The translations under genes were made by a program, and so were the position numbers. Shown here piece by piece: positions 1 through 14,177 of a DNA stretch of 64,000 bases. The stretch comes from Chrysomallon squamiferum (lineage: Eukaryota > Animalia > Mollusca). Where the stretch lies: the NCBI GenBank assembly GCA_012295275.1, contig CM022665.1, positions 32,364,001 through 32,428,000 of the forward strand, written 5' to 3'. The notes beneath the pieces were generated by a model. The model was not told where the DNA came from, ran no database searches, and saw only the letters and a list, made by a program, of their open reading frames with translations. Each line of letters begins with the position of its first letter. Within the stretch, counting starts at the first letter, position 1.

Positions 1-51
<51 letters not shown>

Positions 52-94
52 ATATGAACAGATAATACAAACAAACATATACAAAACCCTGTCC

Positions 95-179
<85 letters not shown>
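1..179. repeat. (CT)n, (CA)n and (GA)n microsatellites
   Basis: Directly visible dinucleotide runs. Confidence 0.95.
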
Positions 180-181
<2 letters not shown>

Positions 182-419
182 TGTGTTAATGTAAACAGTA
201 TTTTAAAAACAGAAAAATAATACTGATTAAGATATAAAATACTCAAAAATTAATTAGTTTAACAAAAATTATTATGTCTATGATGAAAAAATATTTACAT
301 AGAATAAGAATAATTTTTGTCCAAAACTTTGATAACAAAATGTATAAAATATACGTAACTTATGAAAAAATGAAAACTGAAACAAGAGACACTCTTTTTA
401 AAAACATGGGTTTATGAGC

Positions 420-2260
420 ATTACTAACTGTACTTCTGTTATTACAGCAGTTCACTATTATTTTAGTTCACAATTCTGAACTTTTTTATAAATATTTTAA
501 TTTCTGTACAATCATTGTAATTATTATATTAACATATTACTGAGTTGACATAACTGTGCTCATTTACTGTATTATTATGTTAAACTGCAATTCCAGTTAG
601 TATTTAATAGTGTTACAATTATACAGTTAACTGTTAACTGTTCAGTGTGTTAATTTCAAATTCATGCTGTTTCTGTAAACAAGGTATTACAGTAGTTAAC
701 TTACTGAACTGTTGTTATAATAATGTCATGCTGGTTTTTTTCATTTATTTACAATTAGTGTAATAATTTTTGTAAACAAAATGTTCTGATGTTATTCTAT
801 TATTTTAGTTTAAAATTACTAAACATTTTTAAAACAACGTTTTATAAATACAGTCAAACTATTAAAATGCTGTTGTGACAGTAGTATGTTCTATTATTTT
901 AAGTTACAATGACTAAACTGATTTTGTAAACAATGAATTACAAACATAGTCAACCCTTTGAACTGTTTTTTCTAATAATATGTGCTAATATTTTGTACAT
1001 GTTTCTGTAAACGATGTTTTACAAATACAATTGTCTTTCTGAAACACTATTACAATAACATGCTCATATTTTAATTTAAAATTAAATAATGCATTACAAA
1101 TATAACAAAGTTACTGAACTATATCAATAATCCTTTGGTTTTTGTGTTTTTTGTGTTTTCCTGTTGCTATTTGTTTTTGTTTTGTTACAGTTACAGTACT
1201 GTTTTTGTAAATATTATATTACAAATATTGTGAACTTACTGAACTATTACTTTAATGTTTTCATAATAATCTAATAACCATATAATCAATTTACTGAATT
1301 AATACTATACAAATAAAATGATCTGATATTTTATTTGTAATAAGTGTTCTTTGTATGTAAAATTAGAATTAACATACTGTACTATTGTTACAACATGTTA
1401 TATTTTTTCTCACAATTATTTTTTTCTATCTTTGTAAACAAAATTTAATACTGCTGTGGATGACTTATTGTATTTTTATTGTTATATTTTACTTTATTTT
1501 ATTTCACAGTGTTTGTAGCTTTTGTAAACAGTATTAATTGTACTGTTATTGTAATATACTGTGCTATTATTTTAATTTAAAATTAGTGCTGTTTTTGTAA
1601 ACAATATTATTATTGTATACAAAATCACTATTTTTTAAAAATAAGTAACTGTTTTAGCTGTTTTACAGTGCTACTATTTTAATAATAAATTCTACTGTTT
1701 TAATTTAGTTTTACTGTACTGTTTTGTGTTACTGCAGTTGTAATTTTAGTTAAAATTATTACATGGTTTTTGTAAACAATATACCACAGTTAAATTTTAG
1801 TTTGTTATTTTATTTTAATAATATATTCTACTATTTTAATTTAATATTACTGTACTGTTGTAAACTATATGTCACAATTACATTTCAGTTTACTAATATG
1901 TTCTATTATTTAACCACAATGACTGTGCTGTTATTGTAAACAAAATATACTACTGCTTTGGCTAACTTACCACTGTATTTGTTATTGTAACAATATGAGC
2001 TGTTATCTTAGGTCACATTACTGTATTTTTGTGTAAACAGTATATATTCCAGTAACAGTTAAAACTATTGTTTCAGCTTTAATAATAGGAATTATTTTAA
2101 TTAAAATAAATTACTATTTTAAACAATAAATATTTTATACTGCTACTTTTGCTTTTAATGTATGTTCCTTTAATTTACTGTATTGTTTTTGTAAATAATA
2201 TGTGTTACTATTAAGCACCATTTTGCTAAACAACAATATTAACATTATTAAAAATGATAA
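420..2260 (+). repeat. Degenerate tandem repeat (~75-100 bp period) carrying a TGTAAACA motif
   Basis: Exact TGTAAACA, all in one orientation, at 674, 771, 925, 1433, 1523, 1596, 1771, 1935 and 2032, plus variants near 1006, 1206, 1859 and 2190. CTATTATTTT and TTACTG motifs recur between them. Confidence 0.7.
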
Positions 2261-4020
2261 TGTAGTAAGTACAATAAATATTAGCAAAAAATAAAATAAA
2301 ATAATAATAATAAAAAATGTTGTTATAATTAACAGTGTATTTGTTAACAATAATATATGTGTTATTATTATAATGGTGGTATGACAGATATTATTAAAAA
2401 TAAAAATAAAGTAATTTTTGTAACATACATGTCAGGATACATTAAATTTATGGAATATAAATACGTTGTTATTTTGTTAGTTTTAAATTATTACTAAAAA
2501 GAAACAACAAATTATTTTAAGAAAGTATAAAAAATTTATAAAATTCCAATGTTATTTAAAATAATCTTCAGTAAATTAAATATACATTAAATATATTTTT
2601 TTGAAATAATCATATACTGTTTATTTAGTGTATAATTTATTTATTTTTATTATGCTTTCTATTGATTTATTTATTTTTTGTTTTTATGTACAATAAAATA
2701 AAATAAAATAAAACGTTTTAAAAATCCTTAACACGTGATTTAAAAAAATATATTAAATAAAAACTAACTTTTCTAGTTTTTTACAGAATAAATTATCAAC
2801 AGTTTATAAAGCAAAAAATGTTTTTAAAAATAAATAGGGATAAAAAAAAAATATGAGTATAAATCATTTTAAAAATAACATAAATAATAAATATTATTTT
2901 AATATTGTTTTTGTCTCTTTGTTATTGTTGTCAAAATATATATTCAAACAAAATAACATACGAATGTTAGCTTTTAAAGTGAAATAGTAATTACAGTTTA
3001 TAAATTACATGACAAAAATATTTGTTAAAATAGAAAAATAGTATAAGTAGAAAAGATAACAAACATGTTTTTAAATTAAAAATATTTTCAAGAAAAACCT
3101 AAATTATAAATTTTAAAACAAAGATTTAAATATAAATGCAGTATTAATAAATATTCTGGTAATAAAAAGGCAAAAATAATATATGAAAATAAAAAAACAA
3201 TAATAAAAATATCCATTTACAAAAAGAAAAGAAAAAAAGAAAAAGAATAAAGGAGAAGAAAAAAAAAGGTAAAAAAATAAGTATTCTGTATTTAACTAGG
3301 AAAAGAAAAATAATAACAATAAGCAATCCATTTACAAAAGAAAAACATTATATATTTAAACAGAAACATAATATAAATGTATACCCATTTTATGAAATAT
3401 GAACACATTTTATGGTTAAAAAGAAAAATCATAATAACAAACACTTAACAAAAATATTTAAAAAAATAATAATATAATAATAATAACAGGAATACATTTT
3501 GAATGAAACAAAAAACAAAATTAAATTAAAAAACCCCAGTTAATTTATGAAAAACTTTTATATTTCATATTATAACAACAACTAATAATAAATAAATCCA
3601 TTTAGAAAAAGAAAACATATTTTACATTTTAACAGAATAACAGAATGTCTTTTCAGTAATCATTATTATATATAACATTTGTTTAAAATACACTGTATTT
3701 GAAGCTTATAAATTTATAATGGTAGGATTGGAAAACATTACAATAGACGAGAATAAATTCAATGACCTTAAGTTAAGTGTATGATTTAAAAAATTATTTT
3801 TAGAATAAATACTGTAAACAATACAGGTTATTAATAAGTCATGTGTCTTACTTTCTAAACACAAAATGTAAACAAGAGATTGAAATCTGAAACAATGACC
3901 TGAGAGTGGGCATATTTGTGTGTAGAAGTAGTAGTAGTAATACAACCAAAAATAAAAAACTAGTCATAATAGTAATAATAATAAATAAGAAAAGTACTGA
4001 TGGCAGTAGTAATGGTAAAG

Positions 4021-4021
4021 A

Positions 4022-4115
<94 letters not shown>
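4021..4115. repeat. Compound (ATT)n(AGT)n microsatellite
   Basis: Directly visible; source of the poly-L/V/T/N ORFs. Confidence 0.95.
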
Positions 4116-5030
4116 ATGACAGAAGTGGTGGTGGTTATAATAAATGAGTTAATAATATTGTCTTCATAATTATTGTCATACAATAATATTATTTGTAGTC
4201 ATTTAATATAAAATTAATAACAAATAACTGAAACAAAACGAAATAATAATAAAACGTAAGTACAAAAATTATTGTTTTAGCTAACTGCAGAAATATAAAC
4301 AGTAAAAACAAGAAATATAAACCATCTTGTGAAAATCATTCATCACATATGGGATGATTCTCAGAAAGGAGCGGCTCTCTGGAGAGAAAAAAAATTCTGT
4401 TAAAGAAATTATACATCAATGTTGGCCGGTTATTTTACTGGGGGTTTTTTTTGTTGTTTTTTTTTTCCTTTTTTATTTTTTTATTTTTTGAACTTCTTTA
4501 TTTTAATAAAAAAATAAAAATAAAAAATAAAAAAAATAACAAAATTAAAATTTACGATAATCCAGAAAAATCGCTGGTTTCTATGTCGCGGCGCACATGT
4601 GTAAAATAAAATCAACCAACGAATTTGAAATTTTGTCTAATTATTTCCCCGCATATTTAGCATTCTTTATCTGTATTAACGCGCTATGTACTACCTGTTT
4701 AAAAATACCAGATATATATAAATATTTTTAAATTAATTATCTTCGTAATATCAATTTATGTATCTACACTAGCAATTTACCTATTTATTTAATTGCATGA
4801 ATCACACAATAAATAATTTTAAAAAGAACAAAGACGACTTACATATTTTTATACACCTTTTCTTACTTTAAAATGAAAATGAAATAAAAGAATAAATTAT
4901 TAAAACTAATAATTATACTGAAGTCATTAATTCTATATATATATATTTCATTTTTTCTTTTTGTTTTTTAGTCCGCTTGAAATAAATTTTAAAATTTGTC
5001 TATAATGAAATAAAAGTGTAATCGTACAAC

Positions 5031-5076
5031 CTGTTATCAGTTTGAACTGCGGCTGGTGCTGGAAAAAATTATCCAT
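5031..5076 (-). CDS. Candidate alternative first coding exon (MDNFFQHQPQFKLIT, phase 1) of a gene whose body lies left of the window
   Basis: The minus strand reads ATG GAT AAT TTT TTC CAG CAC CAG CCG CAG TTC AAA CTG ATA ACA G|GTTGTA. It sits at the 3' end of a ~1-kb GC-enriched island, with an in-frame stop upstream of the ATG. Confidence 0.45.
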
Positions 5077-6718
5077 GTAAGCAACCGAATTAAAGCATAA
5101 AAATCTTCCGAGGTGGTACTATCAGTTTGTCAAGCTGGTTTTCGCCATCAAACTGTCTCGAGCGTTGTCTTTTCTTACGGCTGACATAAAATTACAGAAT
5201 CTTCGCATTTTTGTCAAGCAATTCGGCCGTTAATTTACATGCAACTTTTATTACAGAAGACGTTCTCCCCGGAATTTGCAAGTTAAAGCTCTCGAGCACC
5301 TCCTCATCTTCATATTCAAAAAGGGTCTTCGTATAAAATGGACGAAGAGATTAAAGCGCGACCTCCAACCCTGCGCAATTTATCCTCTTTAGCGAACGTA
5401 ATATTGGTATTTGCGCAGCATCTTACATAACGATTTGTGTACTTATTGACGAGCAGTCTGGACGCCGCTACAATCATCGATTTTCTGTTTGAAAAATGAA
5501 AATGAACACGGAGAATATCTGGTAATGATTTACTACTGACCTATATGACTGTGAAAACCCTTACAAGCCGTGTCAGTGTACAAACTGACCACCGAGATCG
5601 AACAATCCTTTCACTGCAACCATACCAACCGCCATAGTGACAGCGAAAAAAAATACCTTCGGCTCCTTCCGACATCAGCTGATCCAGATACGTGCGATGC
5701 TGGTAAGAAGCGCCAGATTACGCTGATACCCTGGTGACTCTCACTGTCCTTAAGATGGCCAATGTCCACTAGGGGCATGGGAATATCAGAGACGAAGGTG
5801 GACCCACCGACCGCAGAGAAATCGCAGTGTGAGGTAGCCATGTGCTCTGGCCGGCATCCGTTTCGAAAGGAGCGCCATCCAGCGAGTGTTGTGAGCTGTG
5901 TAGTTGAATCGGAAGAACAACAAAAGAGGGGACCTGCCGTCTCTTTGTTGTGCGCTCTCACCTGTCCATGTAGCGGAATGCGATACATTTTCCACTCACT
6001 GTTAAAAGCTAGGAGATCCTTTTCCCGATAAAAGAAATTCCTGATTCGCAATCGTTAAAAAATATATATATAAACCAACTGCATGAATAAACAGTTCAGA
6101 AATTAATTACTTTTGCTAATTTTTATCATTAATTTATACTAAATGTTTTTTTAAGATTCGGGTACAATACTTTTCATTTAATTATTACATCATTATTTAT
6201 TATTTCATGTATTATTCCTTTTTAAAAATATTTTAGGGTAAAAAATATGTAGATTTTACTGCAGTAACAGCTTGAGAATATAAGTATGTTATTGTTACTG
6301 CGGGGTCAACATTCTTTCGACCTGGTCTTAGTGTAATAAGAGTTCGGTACTGACCGCACGATGATACTCAGACTGACCCCGATGACCGAGAAAAAGGTCA
6401 GCTGTTCTGGTCAGTCATCCGAGACATCCTGTTTGTGCACGACTCTCCTCCCCACCCCCTCCCTCACCCTCAGTGCCAGCAGTGATTTAGAACACTTAAA
6501 GAATATTTCTTCCCAGAGTGTAAAATAGAACAAGTTGAATCAGCTGTTTCGCAGTTTTCTTGCCAGTACTGTGGCCATATCCGGTCTTCGTGATAAAAAC
6601 GGGTCAAAATATAACAAGTATGAAAATAAAAAGAAGTCATACTCTATAATCATTCAGAGTCCAGTTTTTTATGCTTTTTACCTCATGTTGTTATTTTCAT
6701 TCACAAATGATACAGAAC

Positions 6719-6770
<52 letters not shown>

Positions 6771-7818
6771 GCAATGGACTGACCTATAACCCTTGCCCAG
6801 AACTGATATACTCTGCGCTTCCTGTTAACTAGGCCAAATTGGGTTCACCAAATAGGCGAACTTTTTTCTCTCTTTACTTGAGGCAGAAAGCCTAAAGAGG
6901 CAGTAAACAGCAGTATACTCAAGCGCGAATTTAACATCCATTGCAGACCTTTTCGCTGACCAGCGGTCATTTCCTCCAACACTGTTTACTTGTGGTAAGC
7001 AGGATTTTAAAATAGATGTCATTAAGTGACCAGGCAAAGAAATGCAGCACTACAACATGCCGGGTTTTGTGGATTTTTTCTTCGACTGCTGCGCAATTCA
7101 ATGGTTCTGGGTGTCCGGTGTCGTGCATGCTTTGCTAAATTATTCCTACGACATGCTGCCGCAAGCTGACAACATCCGTGTCCTTTTCTAGCAACGTGAT
7201 GGAGAGAAAGAACTAGGCTAAATTATGAAAGAAAGTAGAGCAAACACTGACCTGAGGCCATTGTGGTGGTCTCGTAGTCTCCCAGTGGCGGTATCACGGA
7301 TCACAGTCGTGCACGTTACGTCCTCATGGAGCTAACGTAAATCCAAGAATTGAAAAAAAAAAAAAAAAAAAAAATTCACACGGTGAAAAAATAAATATAT
7401 AACGACACCTCTGTCCAGTGGCCGTTTCACCCTAACCCTTCTTCCATGTGACCTACAATTACTCCGAGATTTGTACTAATTACAAATACTCTTCCAATAA
7501 ATCCGCCTGGTAACAGCCAACCAGAAATTAGGTTTGCCTGTCACTCAGAATGGGACGGAAAAAAAAATTCAATGGACGCCAAATGACCACACACAATGGC
7601 GGTTCCTTAATGGATTAAAACAGAAAGTCAGTGAATTTTCTTTATGTGAAAAAATAAGCTGCTGGTGAAGATCGTTGTATTCCATCTATGCGACCGCAGA
7701 TTTTATTATGCTAAAATAAGAATGTAGATTTTCAAACATATACTTGTAGGAGGAGCAGTTGGAAAATTTGGGGCGGAGTTAAAAACCAATACTGTCATCA
7801 CAATTTCAGTGCGGACTG

Positions 7819-7831
7819 AGGTCAAAGGTCA
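7819..7831 (+). promoter_or_regulatory. Perfect DR1 nuclear-receptor element
   Basis: AGGTCA A AGGTCA. Confidence 0.4.
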
Positions 7832-8411
7832 AATGCATAAGATATTACGCTCTGCCGGGGTGAGTTTGGCCATTGTATCAACAAGGTATTTAGAGCTAGA
7901 AGTAGTGAAAATGATGTATTAATCAGGAATTATGTTTCCATGCATCACTGCGAAGGTTATTGATTTCAGTTTGCATTTGTGTTTTGTTGCAGTTGTCGGT
8001 GTTCTTTTTAAACCAAGTAATGGCCGAGTCCATTGTCCTTTTAATACTGAAGGATAACGACATTTCCTTGCACTTATTTTTCTTGCTGTTGTGATCGTTG
8101 TTGTTGTTGAAGAAGAAGAAAATAACTGTACAGTTTGACCTTTGACATATATGCAAAGCTAAGGGGCAGGCTTCCAGCAGAGCACGCCCGTTGAACCCTA
8201 CGACTTAACCACGCCCTGCAGTTCCGTGTGTGGAACATGCATGTCGAATTAAGCTCTGCTGATGATTGAATACTTCGAGAAAAACTATATTTACTACATA
8301 CTATATTTTCTACATTTACTCAGTACACTAAACACATAATGATTAATTTCAATATTGCTTTAGAAGAAAAAAACAGAACCTCCGTGAGAACTTTACACTT
8401 CACAGCCGTAT

Positions 8412-8998
8412 TTACTACTACTACTACAGCTATTACTATTTCTACTACTACTACTATTATTACTACTACTACTACTACAGCAGCTGCTGTTACTACTATT
8501 ACTTCTACTTTTGTCATTAGAGTAACTACTGTTATCAATTCAAGATTTTCAGTAACACTGATACCCTTAAGTCTGCAACCACTATCATTACTTTCACTAC
8601 AGTTATTACTACAGCTACTACTGCTACTATTACTACTACTACCACTACTACTATTAATAAAACTGCTGCTGCTTCTACAACTACAGATACTACTACTAAT
8701 ACTACGACTACTACTTGCAGTACAATAACCATCCTGGTCCCAGTACCACCAACATCACCACTACTACTACTACTCCTATGATTACTAGTACTACTACTAC
8801 TACTGCTACTATACTATTACTACTGCTGCTACTACTACTACTGTTACTATTATTACTACTACTATGACTATTACTGCTACTACTACTACTACTACTACTA
8901 CTACTATTACTATTACCATTGCAACTACTAATACTATTACTGCTGCTATTAATATATCTATTACTACTATTACAACAGCTACCATAGTAGTAGTAGTA
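8412..8998. repeat. Long degenerate (ACT)n trinucleotide repeat
   Basis: About 590 bp of ACT/ATT/GCT triplets; source of the poly-T/L/V ORFs. Confidence 0.9.
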
Positions 8999-10253
8999 TT
9001 AAAAGTTTATGTTAAAAAAAAATATATAGTCTTTTACATGTTCTGTAACTAATATTAGTCTCTGTTTAAGCATCGCAACTTCAGGGCAATTTAACAACGC
9101 AATAGAAACACTAATATAATCTCTATTAGTCAGCTTCCAGTCATTTCAAGAAAGGATTGAAACCAAAACGGGCTTGGAAAGCAAACAGAAGACTTGAGGC
9201 GACATTTATGAATCATTTTCACATGACAATCATTCAGAATTTCATAAAATATTATAAACACAAATACCTGCCATAACCTCTTCTTTGAACTAATTAGCGT
9301 TTGTGAAAATTAAAAAGACAAATCAAATTATAATACTATTCACACATCCCATAATGCTGAGATTTTTTTTCAGGAATAAAAAGCGTTATAAATATTGTAT
9401 TTATAATAGAAATGAGCACACCCAGAACACACCTTGTTTTCCACTGTGAATCATGGTATTTATCGATCGGTCGACCAAACCACAGCAAAACTTCGCCGTT
9501 GTTGCAGTATACCACTCTTAGCTCATTTTCAAATCCAAATGTCACTCAGTTCAGTCTTCGTATTTTAATTGTTCATTTATTCATTCGTTTCATTCATTTA
9601 TTCTTTCATCGACTCACTTATCTATTTATTTATTTTTTCATATTTATTATCTGTTTATTCAAACTGATAATTATATCTTAATATATTATTCTTTTCTTAT
9701 GAATTTTTTTTTGTCATCGTTTCTTCTTTTTTTTCCGCACATTTTCATTCATATATTCTTTCATTCATTCATTCATTCTTCCTTTTTTCCCCCTTCCTTC
9801 CTTTCTCGGAATTTACCTCCATCACACACTTTAAAATAAGGAATAGGTACCTAAGCCATGTAACTAAGTACATGATGTGTGTACGACGTGTAAGTAGTGA
9901 CTGACATAAAACATACTAAGTACTCTGCCGTTCAAAGAGAAAGGCGATATGGAGCTAACAAGAAAAATAAGGTTCGGGCTACTAAAAGGTCAAGCTTAAG
10001 AAACTATTCTGGCAGAGATACCGTGGTTTATCTGGAGGCTATTGCCAACAAAACACAGTCGCTAAGTTAAGAAGTATACAAAAGGGTTTGAGAAATAATC
10101 ACTCTCGGGACAATTAGAGAATGCAGTAAAATAGGTGCAGGGGAGGGTAAAAGAGGGCCCGGTACCCATTTGTTCTGGAGAAAACTTGTAAGAGAAACGG
10201 GCCTTAAAGATTTTAGTGATGTCATGTCAAGGAATATTGTGATTTTCTTTCCT

Positions 10254-10285
<32 letters not shown>

Positions 10286-10734
10286 TCCTTTCTTCTTCAT
10301 CTTCTTTTTTTATTTTTTTATTATTATTATTATTTTTTTTTAAATTAAAAAAAAAAATTAAGATTAAATATACAATTAGATCTGTTTATCATATGATTAG
10401 ATGTTACTGAATAAATCTCTGTTACAGGTGTTATTCCAAAAAATTAGACGTTTGTTTGGCCTCCAGGATCATAAAAAAGAAAAGAAAAAAAAAAGTATAA
10501 TGTGTGTATGTGTGTGTGTGTGCGCGCAGTTTTCACTAATCAGTATCCTGGGTTATCAATTCAATAATAAAAATTAAACGAAGCATTCAGGTGCTACTAT
10601 TAATTTATCATCATAAAAAGATAATCCATAAACTACATTATTTCTTGTTAAACTCAGAGGACTGGCCTAAGTCAGACATCGGCTTCTGTACAGGCATTTA
10701 AAAAGTATTTTTCCAAGCACATTTTAATGGTCAT

Positions 10735-10735
10735 C

Positions 10736-10789
<54 letters not shown>

Positions 10790-10821
10790 AATAATAATAA
10801 TAATAATAATGTAGTTAATAA

Positions 10822-10861
<40 letters not shown>

Positions 10862-10862
10862 C
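10735..10862. repeat. Compound (CAA)n(TAA)n(TAAA)n microsatellite
   Basis: Directly visible. Confidence 0.95.
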
Positions 10863-11599
10863 AGGACCACCGTAGATCGACACATCTGAGCACCCAAATC
10901 AATTAAAATGACACAAAACTTTTGACTGCTTTTGGAAGACTTTGAAAACAAATGGTTTACAGAAAGGATATATGAATTATTCTCAGATTAGTGATGACAG
11001 TTTCGTTTATATTTCCACAATCAAAAGAGCGATATAGACTTTTCCATTATTTATTTGTCATTGTTGAGGATATTAAAACTGTTATAAACAAATATAATCC
11101 AAAATGGTAATTATAGACTATTTACGACATTCATATTTCCTTTTCAGTCTTTTACCTTTCCATCCTGTTGACCTAGATAGATGTAAATAACATATTTTAT
11201 TTGTATAAATAATGGTGTTTAAAAAACCCCATCGACTTAGTTATGTTTTTGGTTTTACTTTTTACAGCAGCTGAATACATCGATAGCGCGGACTTCCGAT
11301 AATTGTGACCAACTTGATTGATGTTATTTTGGAAGCTGATGTTACGAGAAGCCATGGTGTCTTCCTGTTGATGCTTCATGTAATGTATTTCTGAAAACAT
11401 ATTGTGATTAATAGCTCTTAGACAACCTTTTTTCCTCAGTCTCACTAAAGAAATAATAGTAATGATTCTGTTATAGTTTCACTCATATCTGCACCCACAA
11501 CACACTTATACACACATATACATGCTTACATGCTCACAAACACACACACACATACACACACACAACACACATTCACAAACACAAAACAGACACACACAC

Positions 11600-11601
<2 letters not shown>

Positions 11602-11672
<71 letters not shown>
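11602..11672. repeat. (GA)n microsatellite; similar GA/CT tracts at ~13368-13439, 19620-19695, 20250-20340, 23580-23640, 32423-32510, 61300-61360
   Basis: Directly visible. Confidence 0.95.
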
Positions 11673-11675
<3 letters not shown>

Positions 11676-12942
11676 GTTACTGCAGTTATATTTTCTCACA
11701 CTGTTTCAGTTTGTAACACTTGCAGGGTATTCGGCTCTTTCTGATAACCTACCTTACGACTGTTTTAGACCTTCACCTTCAAACGATGTTTATTTATTGT
11801 TATCGACTTATCTTGGCACAGCATAATCAAGATGTTCAGTGCACGATGCAGGTAATTCCCTGACAGTACTAATGTACTGAGTAGAAGCGAATTGGTTATA
11901 ATTAATACATGTATTTTTAAGTCATGCATGTTTTAAAAATATTAAATATATTTGTGTTATAAAAAAAATAAACATTTACGGCAGTAAATTAGCAAACAAA
12001 ATGAAAGTATTAGGTAATTTTTTATTAGGTATATCGCTAATTAATTAAACACTTTATACCTCCCCATTCTTGTGGTGTCTGTCAAAAAGACTATCTGCAA
12101 AAGCCATGCTTCAAAAACTATTTGTCTGATTAACACCGTATTTTCCACTCACTGACTTATGAATTATAAAAAATAGAGATTTTTAAAATACAGCACTGAG
12201 ACTTAGTTAAACGAATATTCATTCATTCATAAGTTCATTTCTTACTAAAAACTTTATTTTCTCCACATCCTAATCAGTTCAGCCCTTCGACTCTCAAACA
12301 AAAATTAAACAAAAAATAAATGGCTTCATCTCCTATAGAAATACATGTATCATTTCTTTCTTACGATGCAGTCCAAATAATATACCTTTTAAATAAGCAG
12401 TATTAATTTTATTTATTTTGATAGTAATGAAACTAGCTGGTATTATAAAACTACTGCGTAATAACAAAACACCAATCCTCCCGACATACGACTAAGCAAT
12501 CGTTTGCCAGAATTATCTGATTTCTGTTTGTGATGTATTGGTAATGTGACCCAGTGGGGATAGTCACTTCGTATTGTTTGCTGCCTGGACAATTAAATCT
12601 GTCTATATGCCATCCGTATAATATTGAACAGTTTAATGTCGCGAAATAAATCACTTTAAGATATCATCTTGTTATTAAAACAGCATTTCATTTAACTTGC
12701 GACTATTCGTGGCGTTTGAAAAGCAAAATTCTAAGATACGAGAGGTAAAATAAACGTAACACATTCCTTTACAAGTTTCATGCTAATTCTGAGTCCAATG
12801 GGATCTGCTATGTTAATGTCTGTGTTACATGAATACTGCAGTCTATTAAGAAACAATGTGGAGGGATGCAACTCAGTATAAAATGGGATTTCTAAAGTGA
12901 TACGAGTAATGTTGATTGGAGACCAAAGAAAAAACAAACAAA

Positions 12943-13016
<74 letters not shown>

Positions 13017-13366
13017 AACAACTATCAAGCAGGTATTGAATATGTAATATGTATGATTTGTTTTTCTCGCTGGGTTAACTTCACAAGCATCAATCTTTGT
13101 TTTAGCACATTTTCGTTTAAACGACTAGAAGTTGTCACTCACACGCGAATAAGAACCAGGGGAGCACTGATATGAAACTTTTATTAGGAAAAAAAAAAAT
13201 TAACTCATCATTTTTTCTTCTTGTTCTTGTTCTTCTTATTATTATTTGTTGTTGCTGTTGTTGTTTTTAATTTAATCTTTTTTCTTCTTATCTGTCAGTC
13301 AGTGAATCAGTCACTCACAATAGAAAGTACACATAATATTCATGAATTAATTTATTCTCTTATTAC

Positions 13367-13443
<77 letters not shown>

Positions 13444-14120
13444 TCTCTGTCTGTCTGTCTCTCTCTCTCTATATATATATCTTTATTTCATGAATAATCG
13501 TAATATTATAAAATTAACAAAACATAAAATTCTATAAAATTGTTATATGTATTATTCACAAGAATGGGATTCACCAGATGAGTCCCTACATCCCATACAT
13601 GGAAAGAGAGACCTATTCCCTTTAAAGGAGATAGTGAAGAAATTCTGACAAGTAAATCCCAGTAAAAGACACTGATTCAAAGATATAAAACAGTCTGCGG
13701 AGACAAGTTTCCAATTACTGCAATGAATCTGCGCAGTATTATAAAATTTTCGTGACATCAGAAATTCTGGGAATCATTTGGGAGTGGTTTCATTATTTTT
13801 GTTACTATAAAATAGAATATGAAGTAATAATAATTTATTTTGTCTATTTCCTTAAGATTATATTACAAATTTGAGTTTCCTTGTCTGAAATGGCTTACTA
13901 AATTAATTATCTAGCTGAAAAAAAACCAGATGTATAAAATTATATATATTAATTTTGATCTCTGTAATTATTATGATAATTATATTAATTAATAATAAAA
14001 CAAGATAATAAAAATTAATATTTTTAATAATTATAATAAAAGAAAATAAATAGGTAAATAAAACTAACAAATACAAAAATAAGCAAATAAATAAACAAAT
14101 TAATTAGTAAATTAATAAAT

Positions 14121-14177
<57 letters not shown>

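Noticed and set aside
5611-6051. 146-aa, 89-aa and 69-aa overlapping ORFs in the GC island as a protein-coding gene
   Set aside because: No recognisable motif, and open frames on both strands are expected from the higher GC. Treated as a putative 5' leader instead.
9916-9935. CTAAGTACTCTGCCG resembles miR-252
   Set aside because: It has an indel and mismatches relative to the recalled mature sequence, and no convincing precursor hairpin.
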